Shown: positions 40,427 to 52,600 of the stretch, piece after piece
Position numbering within the stretch: position 1 is the stretch's first letter
How the letters are laid out: each line of letters starts with the position of its first letter
Source: Saccostrea cucullata
Taxonomy: Eukaryota
Direction: 5' to 3'
Length of the DNA stretch: 64,000 nt
Assembly: GCF_032062105.1 (NCBI RefSeq)
Contig: NW_026929376.1
Span: forward strand, 62,001 to 126,000
Translations under genes and position numbers: made by a program
The notes under the pieces: model-generated
What the model was told of the DNA's origin: nothing
The model's database searches: none
Seen by the model: the letters and a program-made list of their open reading frames with translations, nothing else

Positions 40427-40618
40427 TTACAGGCATAATCAATTTGTAAAGTCCTTTTCACTTTATGAAAAAGACATAAAGGAGAGAAATTAACAATTTC
40501 TTTCACAACCTTTCTAGTCCATTTTCAGATCCATATTTAAAATTATATCACAGGTGCAAAATAATAACAAACTAAACAATAAAAATCCAACAATTTGATG
40601 CTATGATGTGATGTGGTG

Positions 40619-43160
40619 CTAACTCTTTGCATCTGGTCCAGATTTTTTCACTTTTGGTTTCAATTCGAATGTTATTGATATTTTACTTGAGACAGTGACA
40701 CTGGAGTTGTTCATTTTCTGCTGTAAAGTCCTGGGTGTGTTAAATTCATCGGGTGAGTCCTCGGTCCCCTGCCATTCTTTGTTTTCTAGTTCCTTGATGC
40801 TGATTGGACGACCAACGGACTGGTTTACAAAGCGAGCCATCTCTTGAGCCTTTTGTTTTGCATTATGAATGGCAAGTAAACTTGCTTGTTGTCTGAAATA
40901 AAAATACACAATGCTACTAAGTAATAATATGAATTAAACAAACCATTTTTTTTAATGCCACTTCAATCAGATGCAAACAGTGAAATGTATGTACAGGGAA
41001 ATTTTTGATTCCATTCTATTTTTGCCCCTTTTTGCCCTCACTGCTAATGGGTGAATTTGAAATGGGGCAAATTAAAAAGAGACAACATAATCTCTTGTTT
41101 GAAAATGTTTATTGCTATAGGGTGAAAATAATACAGAGCAAAAATAATCCTGTACGTACAGTGTATACTGTAGTTTATACAGTAATAAATTACGAACCTC
41201 AAATTCTGGAGAGTGACAGATGAATGAAAAAACTCAGGTAAACACACTGTCACTGTAGGGTCAAGCTTCTCCACTAGAAGATTGGACACATTCTGGCATT
41301 TGTGAAGATCTATGAAGAGAGCTGTTACTTCAACATCCAGTTGGTACATTGTATCTGACCTCCTCATTGTCTTGTTTATTTGTATGTCTGAGTCCTATGA
41401 AAATATAAGAAGGAATATAAAAATTTAAGTGAATACTCCACAAGGGAGTTTGTAAAAATGGTGCCTGTAACTTAGTGTAAGCTTTGTACAGTATGGCTTA
41501 TCATGCTTATTTTGGGTATACATGTAATCGTGAGTGCTCTGAACTCAAATAACTAAATGTGCAAGAACATGTACAGAAAATTAACTTAAACTAAAACTAT
41601 TGCTCCTCAGTCCTCAAGCAATTTTTTTTGTAAAACCTTCAAAGTTTTCCTTTGCTGCTAACATTTCAAAAGATAATGGTGAATATAACATGAATATAAT
41701 GAGAGCATTTACCTCTTGCATACAGTTTAAGAGAAACAAAAAAGTAAATGCATATACATAATCGCCTATTTTAGACCCTGTTGAAGAAAATGCAATTTAC
41801 ACTATGTAACATGTATGTGAAGTCACGGTCTTGACTGTACTAATGATTTGAAGTTTGATGTGAGTGTAAGCTATGTAAACAATTTTGATGCTATAAATGC
41901 ATTTGATGCCATGGTCACACTGAAAAAGAGGTTATTAAATCAACTTAAGGGGGCCGACTATAGTTTCCATTGCACAATATTTCGCGCATCATAGTAAAAT
42001 GAAGCGTATTTACCGTTTTAATGCAATTTTTTTTGCTTGATTATTAAAATCAAACAAAATTAAGAAATTATAGGTATAAAAATGTAATTACAATTTGTCA
42101 TATAACTGATTTTTTAACCGATTTTGCAATTGATAGGTAGGTTGACGTCGTTGCAGTGTGTTTTTGACGTTATGATAATCTGTAGCTCTTAAAGAAAGGG
42201 GTAATAAAAATATTATTAAGGAAAAAGTAATAAACATACGCTCTTGAAATTCAAAACATAGAAATTTGAGAGTATCTCCAATATTTTTTTCATGTTTTCA
42301 TGTGAATCCATTGTGTATGTCATATTTTGTAATACTCTATAAAAATAGAAAATTTTGCTAATTTTTTGCATTTTGAGATGCCCCTTCTGGTAACAAGACG
42401 GTAGAATTTTGTGTTTCTTATATATATATTGTATGATATAGTATTACGCATCAAATATTAGAGTTTGAACAAAATGTCTATTGTAGTATTTGTATAATTT
42501 GCTTTAAAGTGCTAAAAATTGGCATTTTCCTATATAATGTACCTGTATTTTGAGACAGTCCCTTAAAAATACCTGGACGGTAAATTTCCCCAAACTTTGC
42601 ATGTACACTAAAGTTAATGTAAGTTATATATGGTATAAAAATGAAGAGTTTCGCTATTGTAGTTTTCACACAATAAAACTATAGTCGGCCCCCTTAAAAT
42701 AAAGCTACCTGTTCATGGTGTTGTAAATGGGAGAATTTCTAAACTAGCATTCTAACACCATATTAAAAGGGCTGTTTGAGACCAATGAAAGGTAAATAAA
42801 GTATCAAGAATATGAGTACAATATCGATATATGATTAAGATACAAGACCAAAGTAAACCAAAAAAAAACTATTACCTTCACTGAATGATTGTGAAGCGTC
42901 TGTATGATGTAATCTAGCCTTCTTGTAGTGCTCTCTTTTACATCTGCTACAGTTTCTTTTGTGGATGTTATTCTGATAGTGAGCTTGCATCTGTCAGGTG
43001 GCAGTGTAACAACTCCAACAGAGGAAACTTGGATTACACGATTGTCAATTTTGGCCTCTGTGATTTGATTTTCATCGTTTGCAAATGAATTCATCTTGTT
43101 TAATTCTGATGCTGTATCCGGGAGATTAGCAAAAACATGTGATGGTTTGAATAAACTCAT
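40619..43160 (-). CDS. IRAK1BP1: Interleukin-1 receptor-associated kinase 1-binding protein 1 (SIMPL/DUF541 family); 3 exons, ~251 aa
   Basis: Exons 43160-42876, 41394-41198 and 40892-40619 (756 nt, in frame). Motifs: RVIQVSSVG..PPDRCKLTI.ITSTKE....K.S..RRLDYI.QTLHNH, CQNVSNLLVEKLD, LRQQASLLAIHNAKQKAQEMA..V...GRPISIKE. Confidence 0.9.
41949..42693. mobile_element. Non-autonomous TTAA-target DNA transposon (Kolobok-like) in IRAK1BP1 intron 1
   Basis: TTAA|GGGGGCCGACTATAGTTT ... AAACTATAGTCGGCCCCC|TTAA, a perfect 18-bp TIR. Confidence 0.88.
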
Positions 43161-43469
43161 TTGAAAACTTTAAAGAGCTATAAAGCAATCTCAAAAAGCT
43201 GAAAAATCGTCAACAAGTCCACTCTTGTTTACATCCCTTACACCAATTAAAAAAAGATTTCTTTTTCGACTTCACTACAAAAATATTCAGTTAACTTTAA
43301 GAAATAAAGAAATCAACAGATTTATGATATATTTGATTAATAAATACAGCATAAATTAGCCAATAATTTTTTTAAAATCTCGTATTGCTGATGATTTAAG
43401 CGGCAGCCGGAAGAGGTTTTCCCGGCAAGTGAAACGTTGCATTCGCAGAGAGACAGCAGAACCGACGGC
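43161..43469. promoter_or_regulatory. Bidirectional promoter between IRAK1BP1 and JAGN1
   Basis: Only 309 bp separate the divergent start codons; ETS/GABP-type CCGGAAG at 43407-43413. Confidence 0.6.
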
Positions 43470-46400
43470 ATGGCTTCCAAATATGGACCTCGACCTGTTG
43501 GCACGGACGGGAGCGATCACTGGCACAGAGAAAGTGTTGCCTGGCAGTATAAATTTAGGTATGAGGTCAAAGATCTGTTACAAATTTCTGATGTAACATG
43601 GGAATCTGTCTTTTTCCAAGTGTAACTTGAATAATTCGCAGCATCTTGAGCATGCTCTAGCTAAATCTATCCCCCATTTACCCTCATTATCTACCTGAAG
43701 ACATGTACAAGTAGTTTTTTTTGGAGAGGTTACATTATCTGAGAGAATGTTTAATAGTGCACCATGGATGAAAGAGTAAGTTATCAGTTAAAATTTCAAA
43801 GTTTAATGTAATTTTCTAATGAATTGATGCACGTAACTTTGATTTGTCACAAGACAAATAACAGAACAAGACATACTCGTATTTTTTTGGTGACATTGTT
43901 CAATCATATTGATGTGAAGCAGCTTCATAACTGAACAGCAGTAGGGAAAGATTTATCGTTTCAGCGACACGGTGGAGATAACGTTATTTTTATAAAATAA
44001 TCTTTGGGTAAAAAAGTTTGTCTCATGCAGGGTTTCAAGTTGACTGTTCTAAACCTCCTATAGATCAACCACTAATAGAGTACATAATGCATTGCGGGTG
44101 TCATGCAGTGGTCAGTGCATTTGCTGTATGTAGAGTCACAGAGTAAGGAGTTCATTGCCTGCTAGAAGTTCAAAAAAGCCTTTCTGATCAAACTTGTATG
44201 GGCATAGTGTGAAACTTGTAACTATAGACATGAGACTCATTGGTATGAATTTAAACATTTTAGCTATCATGATTTAGTATAACAAATAAAGAAAGATGTC
44301 GGATGTTTGGATGATGTAATAATGTATAGAGAAAAACAAATGAGATCGGGAATACGATCGTAGTTCCTGATTGAGCTATTTCAACGAATTCTTGGTATAA
44401 ACATTTTATGTAAATGCTCTGTTTATTTCAAAAGAGTATAAAAATACATTGCAACATAAATTTTATTTACATGTATTTACTTATATTTTTGACGGACTCA
44501 TAAAATTGCTGGCGGACTAGTAAAAGTAAAGAAGCACTAGTCCGGCCGGATCAAAGCCTAAGAATGTTAGTGTCGAACCCTGTATGTTGTCAAATATCTA
44601 AATGTGAAGCCAAGTGTTTTCTTCCTCCCATGTTTAAGTTTTTAGCTCACCTCAGCGAAGTTGGGGGGAGCTTATGTGATACCCTCGGCGTCGGCGTCCT
44701 GGGTTAAGGTTAGGTTTTTTGGAGCAGTTTTCTTTTTAAGTACTTCTATGTCCTATATTGATTAGACATGCATGGAAGATGTTTCTAATGTGTTTCATTG
44801 TACCAGTCAAAGTTTCAGATGCTGCAATTTCAGCAAAGGAATGACCAGGTTAATGTTTTTGGTGCAGGTTAACATTTTTGGTGCAGTTTTTGGTGTAGGT
44901 CTCATTTCCGAGTAACTATAAGCCCTATGTTGACAAAACTTACATGGATGGTACATCTTAGGATGCATACTACCAAACTTGCTTCGGATGCTGAATCTGA
45001 CCTACATTTTCCGGTTGAGTGAACAGGTTAAAGTTTTTGGTGCAGGTTTCATTCCCAAGGTACTATGAACCCTATAATGACCAAACTTGCATGGATGGTA
45101 CATCTTAGGATGCATACTACCAGACTTGCTTCGGATGCTGAATCTGACCTACATTTTCCGGTTGAGTGAACAGGTTAAAGTTTTTGGTGCAGGTTTCATT
45201 TCCAAGTTATGAGACATATAATGACCAAACTTGCATGGATGGTACATCTTACAGGATGCATAAATTACAAGACTTGAACCCTATAATGACCAAACTTGCA
45301 TGGATGGTACATCTTAGGATGCTGAACCTGACCTACATTTTCCAAGTTATGAGACATATAATGACCAAACTTGCATGGATGGAGTGAACAGGTTAAAATT
45401 TTTGGTGCAGGTTTCATTTCCAAGGTACTAATAACTATGAACCCTATAATGACTAAACTTGCCTGGATGGTACATCTTAGGATGCATACTACCGGACTTG
45501 CTTTGGATGCTGAATCTGACCTACATTTTCCGGTTGAGTAAACAGGTTAAAGTTTATGGTGCAGGATTCATTTCCAAGTAACTTTGAGCCCTATAATGAC
45601 CAAACTTGCATGGATGGTACATCTAAGGGTGCATTCTACTAGGCTGGCTTCAGAAGCTGAATCTGACCTACATTTTCCGGATTAGTGAAAAGGTTAGTTT
45701 TTTATACAGGTTTCATTACCAAACTTTGAGCTCTATGTTGAACAAACTTGCATGGATGATACATCTTAGGATGCACACTTATGGACTTGCTTCAGATGCT
45801 GAATTCAACATACATTTTCCAGATAATTGACCTCGTAAAAGTTATGGGTGCAGGTCTATCACCAAGAAACTATAAGGCTTATATAAACCAAAGTTGCACA
45901 AATGATGCATCAAGGGATGAAAACTCTCAATCTTGCTTCAGATGCTGGATTTTAATTATATTTTCATGATGAAGAACTAGTTTTAAGTTTTTATATAGGT
46001 CTATTCCAAAGTATCAAAATTGCATAAATTTTGCATTTTTGGATGTACACTTTTTGTTGGTTAATTGTGTGACTTAATTTGCCTTACTTAAAGACAACAT
46101 TTGTTGAGGTGAGCTCTGTAATCTCTGATTACCTATGTTTTTAAATATAAATTCTACTGCTTCAATTATAAAAATACATAAAACAGGTTTACTAACAAAG
46201 GGGCACAGTTTGTACCCATGGGATATCCAACATATTGTTGATCACCTGATCTCCAAAAATTGATAAATATCATCAATCAGAAACTCAAACATCTTTTTAA
46301 TTTATACATCAGAGTACATGTGCTTTTCCTTTTCAGGTTAGTGAAAACAATGTTTTAATTGGCTCATGCAAACTTATATGAGGCCAATGATAAGGGCATT

Positions 46401-48045
46401 TCTAACTCTGTCAAAGTCAATCTATTTGTAAAAGGTTTATGTGGTGCAGAATGGATCAGAAACTCTTGATTCGGGAAGTTAGTTCCATGGAAATGGTCTT
46501 TATCTCAATAACTAAAATCGTAGTTTAATATTTTGTAAGTCATTATGCATATGTATCCCTTAATTGTTGCAGAGCTCTTTGAAGTGTTTTTAGTTGAAAT
46601 ACTAGCTGGTGCGACGTACTACATTTATTGAAAAAAAGTTATCTATTAAAAAGTGATCTTTTATTTGTTAACATATTTGAAGCGGTTAAACAATGGGCTA
46701 TGGAACTTTATCATAGCTTTCAGCCTTTCTGAGTTTCAGATTCATTGTGTATTGGGTATCAATAACAGAAGGATTAAATAATATTCTTTTCAATAATTTT
46801 TAATCAACAAAATATATTCAGATAAAACATGGGACAATATCAACAATCAGACATAAATCACATAAATAATATATGCTTAAAATGTTAAATAAGGGATTTT
46901 CACTGTAAAATATAATCAACATATAACTAGCTCACATTATAAGACATGATACTGATCTAACATAAAATAAAATATGCCTATCTGTGGTCTTATTCAATAA
47001 ATTAAACCACACACAAATTGAATTATCTAAATACTAAACTCAAAGCATCACACATAAAGAAATATAGTTAAATGAATTAAGCTGGAAGAAGTTTGAACAT
47101 CTGACTGCTCATTCTTAAAAAAATCAATAAAGTCAGTGAAAACAAGCATACCGTATGTATTTCTGTCAATTTTTTACTCTTATTACTGCTTAAGAATCTC
47201 GTAGCCCCTGTGCCAGGGACAAACTTTTCCAAAAATCATCCAGTCCTTTGAGGGAGAGGGTTAATTTTTTTCACAAAAGAGAAACTGTACCCTATTTAGG
47301 GTTCATAAAATATATCATCACGAAGAACTGAAAATAAGATGGAAAACATTTTCCCCCTTCTTTAAAAGAGAGGAACACAAAACACATTTAACTTTGTGAA
47401 AACAGCTCATTACAATTTGTACAAATTGTAGATTCAAATTTATCCTAATCAAAATTGGGCGTAATGAACAAGCATTGTTGCCTAAAAAGCTATGATAACT
47501 GTGGAAATGTGCACTCATATTTAACTCTGTTTACTAGTATTTATTGGATGCATTTTCATTGCAGCTCTCTGAACAAGTCCAGACTTCGGACAGACTTGAT
47601 CACTCACATTGTGCTGAGTTTGTTGATGTTCATTCGAGTCCTTCCTGGGCTGACTTCATTCCTCGGTGTTGGACCAGTGTCTTCACTCAGAAAATGGAAC
47701 TTTCCTCCACCCCGACCCTGGGAGTATGCTTGGATGGTGTGTACTATGGCAATATTGGTTGGGTGGAGATCCATGGCGAAAAATGATATTAAACTTCTGA
47801 AACAGTACGTTGTGGGGTCCATACTCTTTGGTATTATTCCTGTGGTTTTTGGACTCGTAGAACAAAGTGATGACTTGTACGCATATCTGAATGAGAAGAA
47901 ATATACTGGACAATTTTTTGGATACCCTGCCGTTCTTGTGTTCTACTTATTTCTATTTATAGCTATTCAGGTTCATGGATTCGGTATTTACTTTTCATAT
48001 CAACTTCTGAAGTCTTGGAAACCCAGGGAAAGAAAGACGCAATAA
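43470..48045 (+). CDS. JAGN1: Protein jagunal homolog 1 (ER membrane protein); 2 exons, ~189 aa
   Basis: Exon 1 (43470-43558) encodes MASKYGPRPVGTDGSDHWHRESVAWQYK, the jagunal N-terminal signature. Exon 2 (47565-48045) has WEYAW, QVHGFGIYFSYQLLKSW and a basic C-terminus RKTQ. Confidence 0.93.
44642..46139 (+). mobile_element. Non-autonomous Helentron/HINE with ~120-bp internal repeats in the JAGN1 intron
   Basis: 5' end TTAGCTCACCTCAGCGAAGTTG..GAGCTT followed by CGGCGTCGGCGTC; repeats of ACCAAACTTGCATGGATGGTACATCTTAGGATGC; 3' end GAGGTGAGCT with hairpin GTAATCTCTGATTAC. Confidence 0.85.
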
Positions 48046-49139
48046 TTTTAAATGACTGTATGCTTCCCATTTTTGTTCACATTTCCATGTTGTTTGAGTG
48101 TTTTTGACAATGAGTGCATGAGTATACAAAGCTATAAATAGCTAACATGTTTTTAATCTTTCCATGTTCATTTTTTTAAAAACCTTTTTTTCATTCATGT
48201 AATTTTGTAAACCTGGACAAGCACATTTTTATGTTGCACAAAAATACAGTAAGAGTACTGTAGTCACATCTGCATGCAGCTAGCTTTGTCATTAGATTTA
48301 CATTTGAACTGATTACAAATGGAAGATATAAATTTTACTTCTCCCATTTGTTGGAAGGGGTTTACACATTTTTTAATGACTGCAAGTTGTGCAATTATAA
48401 CTCAAACATAGATATGTTTGAAGAGAAATGAATGTGTATTTTGTGACAGACATTGAGTATAGATTGGTGCATTTTAAGAGAAATAGCTGGGAGACACAAA
48501 TTATAATAGTGATCAACCTAAAAACTTGAATTCTGTTGTTTCCAATGTTGGTAGTTGGTTATTTCATAGTATTTCACTTTTTTGTGCAAATATGGCAATT
48601 TAGCAGATAAAAATAAATCTGCTCTTGGTTTTCCATTCCAAAAAATCTTTAAGCTTTTAAAATATTGGTTTACATGGTTAAAGTCATTTCCTTGGTTATG
48701 TTGTAGGTGTAGATTTACATTTTCACTTTTTTTTTTTTTGTAAAGACAATTGTATTTTTATAGCATAGAATGCTATGTCCTTTTGTTTTTACATTGGCAT
48801 AAAAGCTACATTAGAGAGTTCTCAATTTGCAAGTTATATACTAGTATGTAAAAACATTATGAAGTTATGCTATGCAAAATGTTGTGTTAATATACATTAA
48901 ACCAATATATCCAAGATAGGAAAAGGTTGATATACATATTTTCAGTGTTAATTGTTATGCTTTGAGTTATGTCCCCTTTTTAAAATAAGTTGCACTCTTT
49001 GGTGTACCTGATATCAGCCCATGCACATGTGCAGCTTCTAAACGTCAGAGACTTAGGTGTAAATATTCATTGTTTTGTTCTTTACCTGTTACCTGTTTCA
49101 CTTCTTTTTTTATTACCTCAGATCCTGTATTGTGAAGTT

Positions 49140-49182
49140 AATAAAACTAAATGACACAAGGTTTTTTTTTCTGTTGTTTATT
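49140..49182. terminator. Convergent polyadenylation signals of JAGN1 (+) and CRYZL1 (-)
   Basis: AATAAA on + at 49140-45 and on - (TTTATT) at 49177-82, with a T/GT-rich tract between them. Confidence 0.5.
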
Positions 49183-49624
49183 CTTCAAACTTAAGTACAT
49201 ATACAATGTACATGATTTAACATGAATACATTAATTCAAAGAAAAAAGACCAAAATGATGATGACAATCGATATACTATATTATGAGAAATGACGAATGT
49301 ATACAGAGACGTGACTGTTCTTTTTAATAATTTTGAATTTTCATCAATCTTATCCAGGTACAAACGTGTCTATTTTCTACATGTACATGTACATGTTTGT
49401 TAGGTCTCTGAGAACTATCAAATGTTGATAGTATTCTTGACTTTCAATAGTGAGACTTGTTGACCTGGTAAATTTCATTTATATTTGAGTTAACAGACAA
49501 GGTAAATTGGTAACTCAGTGATAAAGATTCCTCATTACCTTCAGAGAAATATTTGTTTTTGTACAAGTTGTAGATTTATTTTTACAACTTTTTCCTGAAC
49601 TGATGTCTTTGCACAAGTGGTAGA

Positions 49625-52600
49625 TTATATTTTCACAACAACTTTTCCTGTACGAATGTCTTGTAGAGTCTTCATGGTATCAGCTGCACTATCAAGGGAG
49701 ATTGTCTTTGATATCTTGCACCTAAAAAGTATTGATATTTAAAGATCTTCATTGTTTTATAACTTACCTTCTTTTAAATTTTCTATTGGCTTTAGTTACA
49801 TATTTATTTCAAAATCATGCCATCAGATCAGGAGTTACTGGATATGCAATTTTGAATTCTATTATTCACACATTCAAAGGAGTTAATATAGTATGCAAGC
49901 ATGATCCAAGTTTGACTACAGCTTTACTGTCAGAGAAATATCTTTTCTGAGAATTTTATATTCAAAAAATCTCATTTCTTGAATATACATGTATATAAGA
50001 TGCAGGATCTGAAGCAATATTGCTGGTATTGAGTTACATGTATCACTCATGGGAATTTAATCTTCCTTGATAGATTTAAGAATGTACCTTGGATTTATGC
50101 AAGTACAATCTTAAGAAGCCCCCCCCCCCCTCCCAGAAAAAACATTCATGAGGTACTCTTCTGAATACACTGTAATATAGTCCATTAGGCTGACCTACAG
50201 AAAATAAGCTATTAGGTCAAATGCATTATCAATATTAAATAGCAGTAATAGACAATTATTGATGCAGTGGTATTGTTAAGAAAAGTAGACTAGATTTGTT
50301 AAAGAAAAAAAATGATTCATCAAACTAATAATTAAGGTTGGATTTGGCTAGAAACATAGTCTCATAGAATCTATGCATTCTCTGGTGCATCAATCTAGCA
50401 AACAAGGCCAAATGGGGCTTCATACACAGATGCAAAAATTATCATCTCAAATAACACATGGACTGTGTTTGTTATTGATACAGAAAGATATTAATAAGGT
50501 CATTTTTTAGTATACTTACTTGACAATCCCTCTTTCAAGTTTTTCCACTGCATCCTGGAGAATGTCTACAAAGCATTTTTTGATCATGTTAAATGTCTTT
50601 TTTTTATTTTAAATCCCTTATTAGAATAACAAAGGTGATTTGACATGTACGAGCTTCATTGGTTTTATACTCACGCTGGAATCGTCCATGTTGTGAGTAC
50701 GCTAACGTCCATATATTCTCAAACAGGAAGTGAACACTCCCTCCTCTGAGAAATAATTTCTGGCAATCTGGTGGATCCAGCTTGAAAAAAAAATCAATAA
50801 CATATTTTATATGAATTAAAAAGTAAATAAATGAGTTAAGACGTTAAAGATTTTGAAGCAGGTCATTTCAAAGGTATTTATTGACCCTATGGTGACCATA
50901 TACTTGGATGGATAATGCATCTTGAGAGGTATATACTGAGTCATGCTTCTGATGCTGACTGGATCTGACCTACATTTTCCAGATGAATGACCATGGAAAA
51001 ATTGTTTGGAGGAGGTCCATTCAAATCTTACGGTAACCTAACTTGTAAGAATAACACTTCTACAGATGGATACTTTTAGACAAGCTTGAGATGCTAAATT
51101 TGGCCTAAATATTCCAGATGAGTGACTAGATTAAAATTTTGGAGCAGGTTCATTTCATAACTATAAATGACTAGATAAAACTTACACAGATTATGCATTT
51201 AGGGATGCATACTGCCTCGGATGCAGGATGTTACCTTTATTCTCCAAATGAGTGACCTGGTTAAAATTTTTTTGGGCAATTTCCAAGTTCATGTACCGCA
51301 ACTCTAAGATCTTTGCTGATAAATCTAACAAGGATGATGCATTTAGGGATACCCATTATCATGCTTGGGGTGCTGAATCTGACTTAATATACATTATTCT
51401 GATGAACGATCAAATTCTTACATTATTTAAAGCTAGTCCATTTCCAAGTGCATGTAACTACAGAGCCTACTTAGACTAAATTGTATGGTAGCACACATTC
51501 TTCTGATTCAGCATCTGGCCTGGATGATCTTACCTACATTTTCAGGTGATAAATACAAAGATTTTTATTAAATCCATTCCCTAAAAATTTTTAATCTTTT
51601 GAAAACGAAACCTACATTGATGTGCATCTAGGAATGCACAGAACCTGATCATTCATTTCCATTCATTTGAGACTTTGTTTGCCTTTACAATATTAAAAGA
51701 TTCATCAATGTGAGCTTGGTAATCTTTGATGACCAATAATTTCTATATGGCAAAGTGATATATGTAATAAAAAGCATCTGTATTAAGAAGGATAGGTAAT
51801 CTTCATAACATCTATATTTGATGTTCAATAAAAAATAAGGATCAAATGTTGTAAATGTATATGTGACATTTCCTTCAGCATGCTAGATTGATTGTATAAG
51901 GTTTAACATCCCTCTTGAGAATTTTTCACTCATATGGAGATGCCACCACTTGCATACTTGAATATTTTACTTGAAAAAGACGTTAATGGTAACCTAACAA
52001 CCAAGTTATATGATAAACATGACAACTTTACCTTTTCTATTGTCAACTTCCCTTACTTATGCAGCAATATACCTTCATCACCTGCATACGGAGTGTATAT
52101 ATCTCAGTTGATTCGATACGCAAGAGCATGCTCTACATATGAGCAATTTCTAAAACAAGGTAAATTATTGACAAGCAAGTTGATGAAACATGAATATCAG
52201 CAGTCTCGTCTAAAGTCATCATTTCGTAAGTTCTATGGTCAATACAATGACCTTGTCAGCAAATACAATTCATTATTGAGTCAAATGCTGACTGGCGTTT
52301 TTCATACCAATTATTAGTCCATTATTTATACACTGAATTGACGACGGATTTTTCCGTTATTTCACGATCATGACAATGAGCACACGGCGGGTGTGACCGG
52401 TCAGCAGGGGATGCTCACTCCTCCATGGCACCTGATCCCACCTCTGGTGTTTTGGAGGTCCGTGTTTGCTCTGCTCTTGTTTTGTATTGTTTTATGGACT
52501 TTGAGATTGAATAGTGTTCGTTATCTCCATATCCTTCTCTTGCCAATGGAGAGCTGCAAATTTTGTCCTATACTTGGCACTTAGAGCCATTGAGCAGGGA

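Noticed and set aside
39150-40506. Several hydrophobic poly-Leu/Phe ORFs
   Set aside because: They are translations of (AAT)n tracts and Helentron termini.
44028-44582. Possible hAT-like MITE (CAGGGTTT...GAACCCTG)
   Set aside because: The TIR match is only ~7 bp and there is no TSD.
51934-52380. Selenoprotein/SECIS feature as described for some clam Naiads
   Set aside because: The retained ORF has no in-frame TGA and I could not identify a convincing SECIS by eye; SECISearch3 would be needed.
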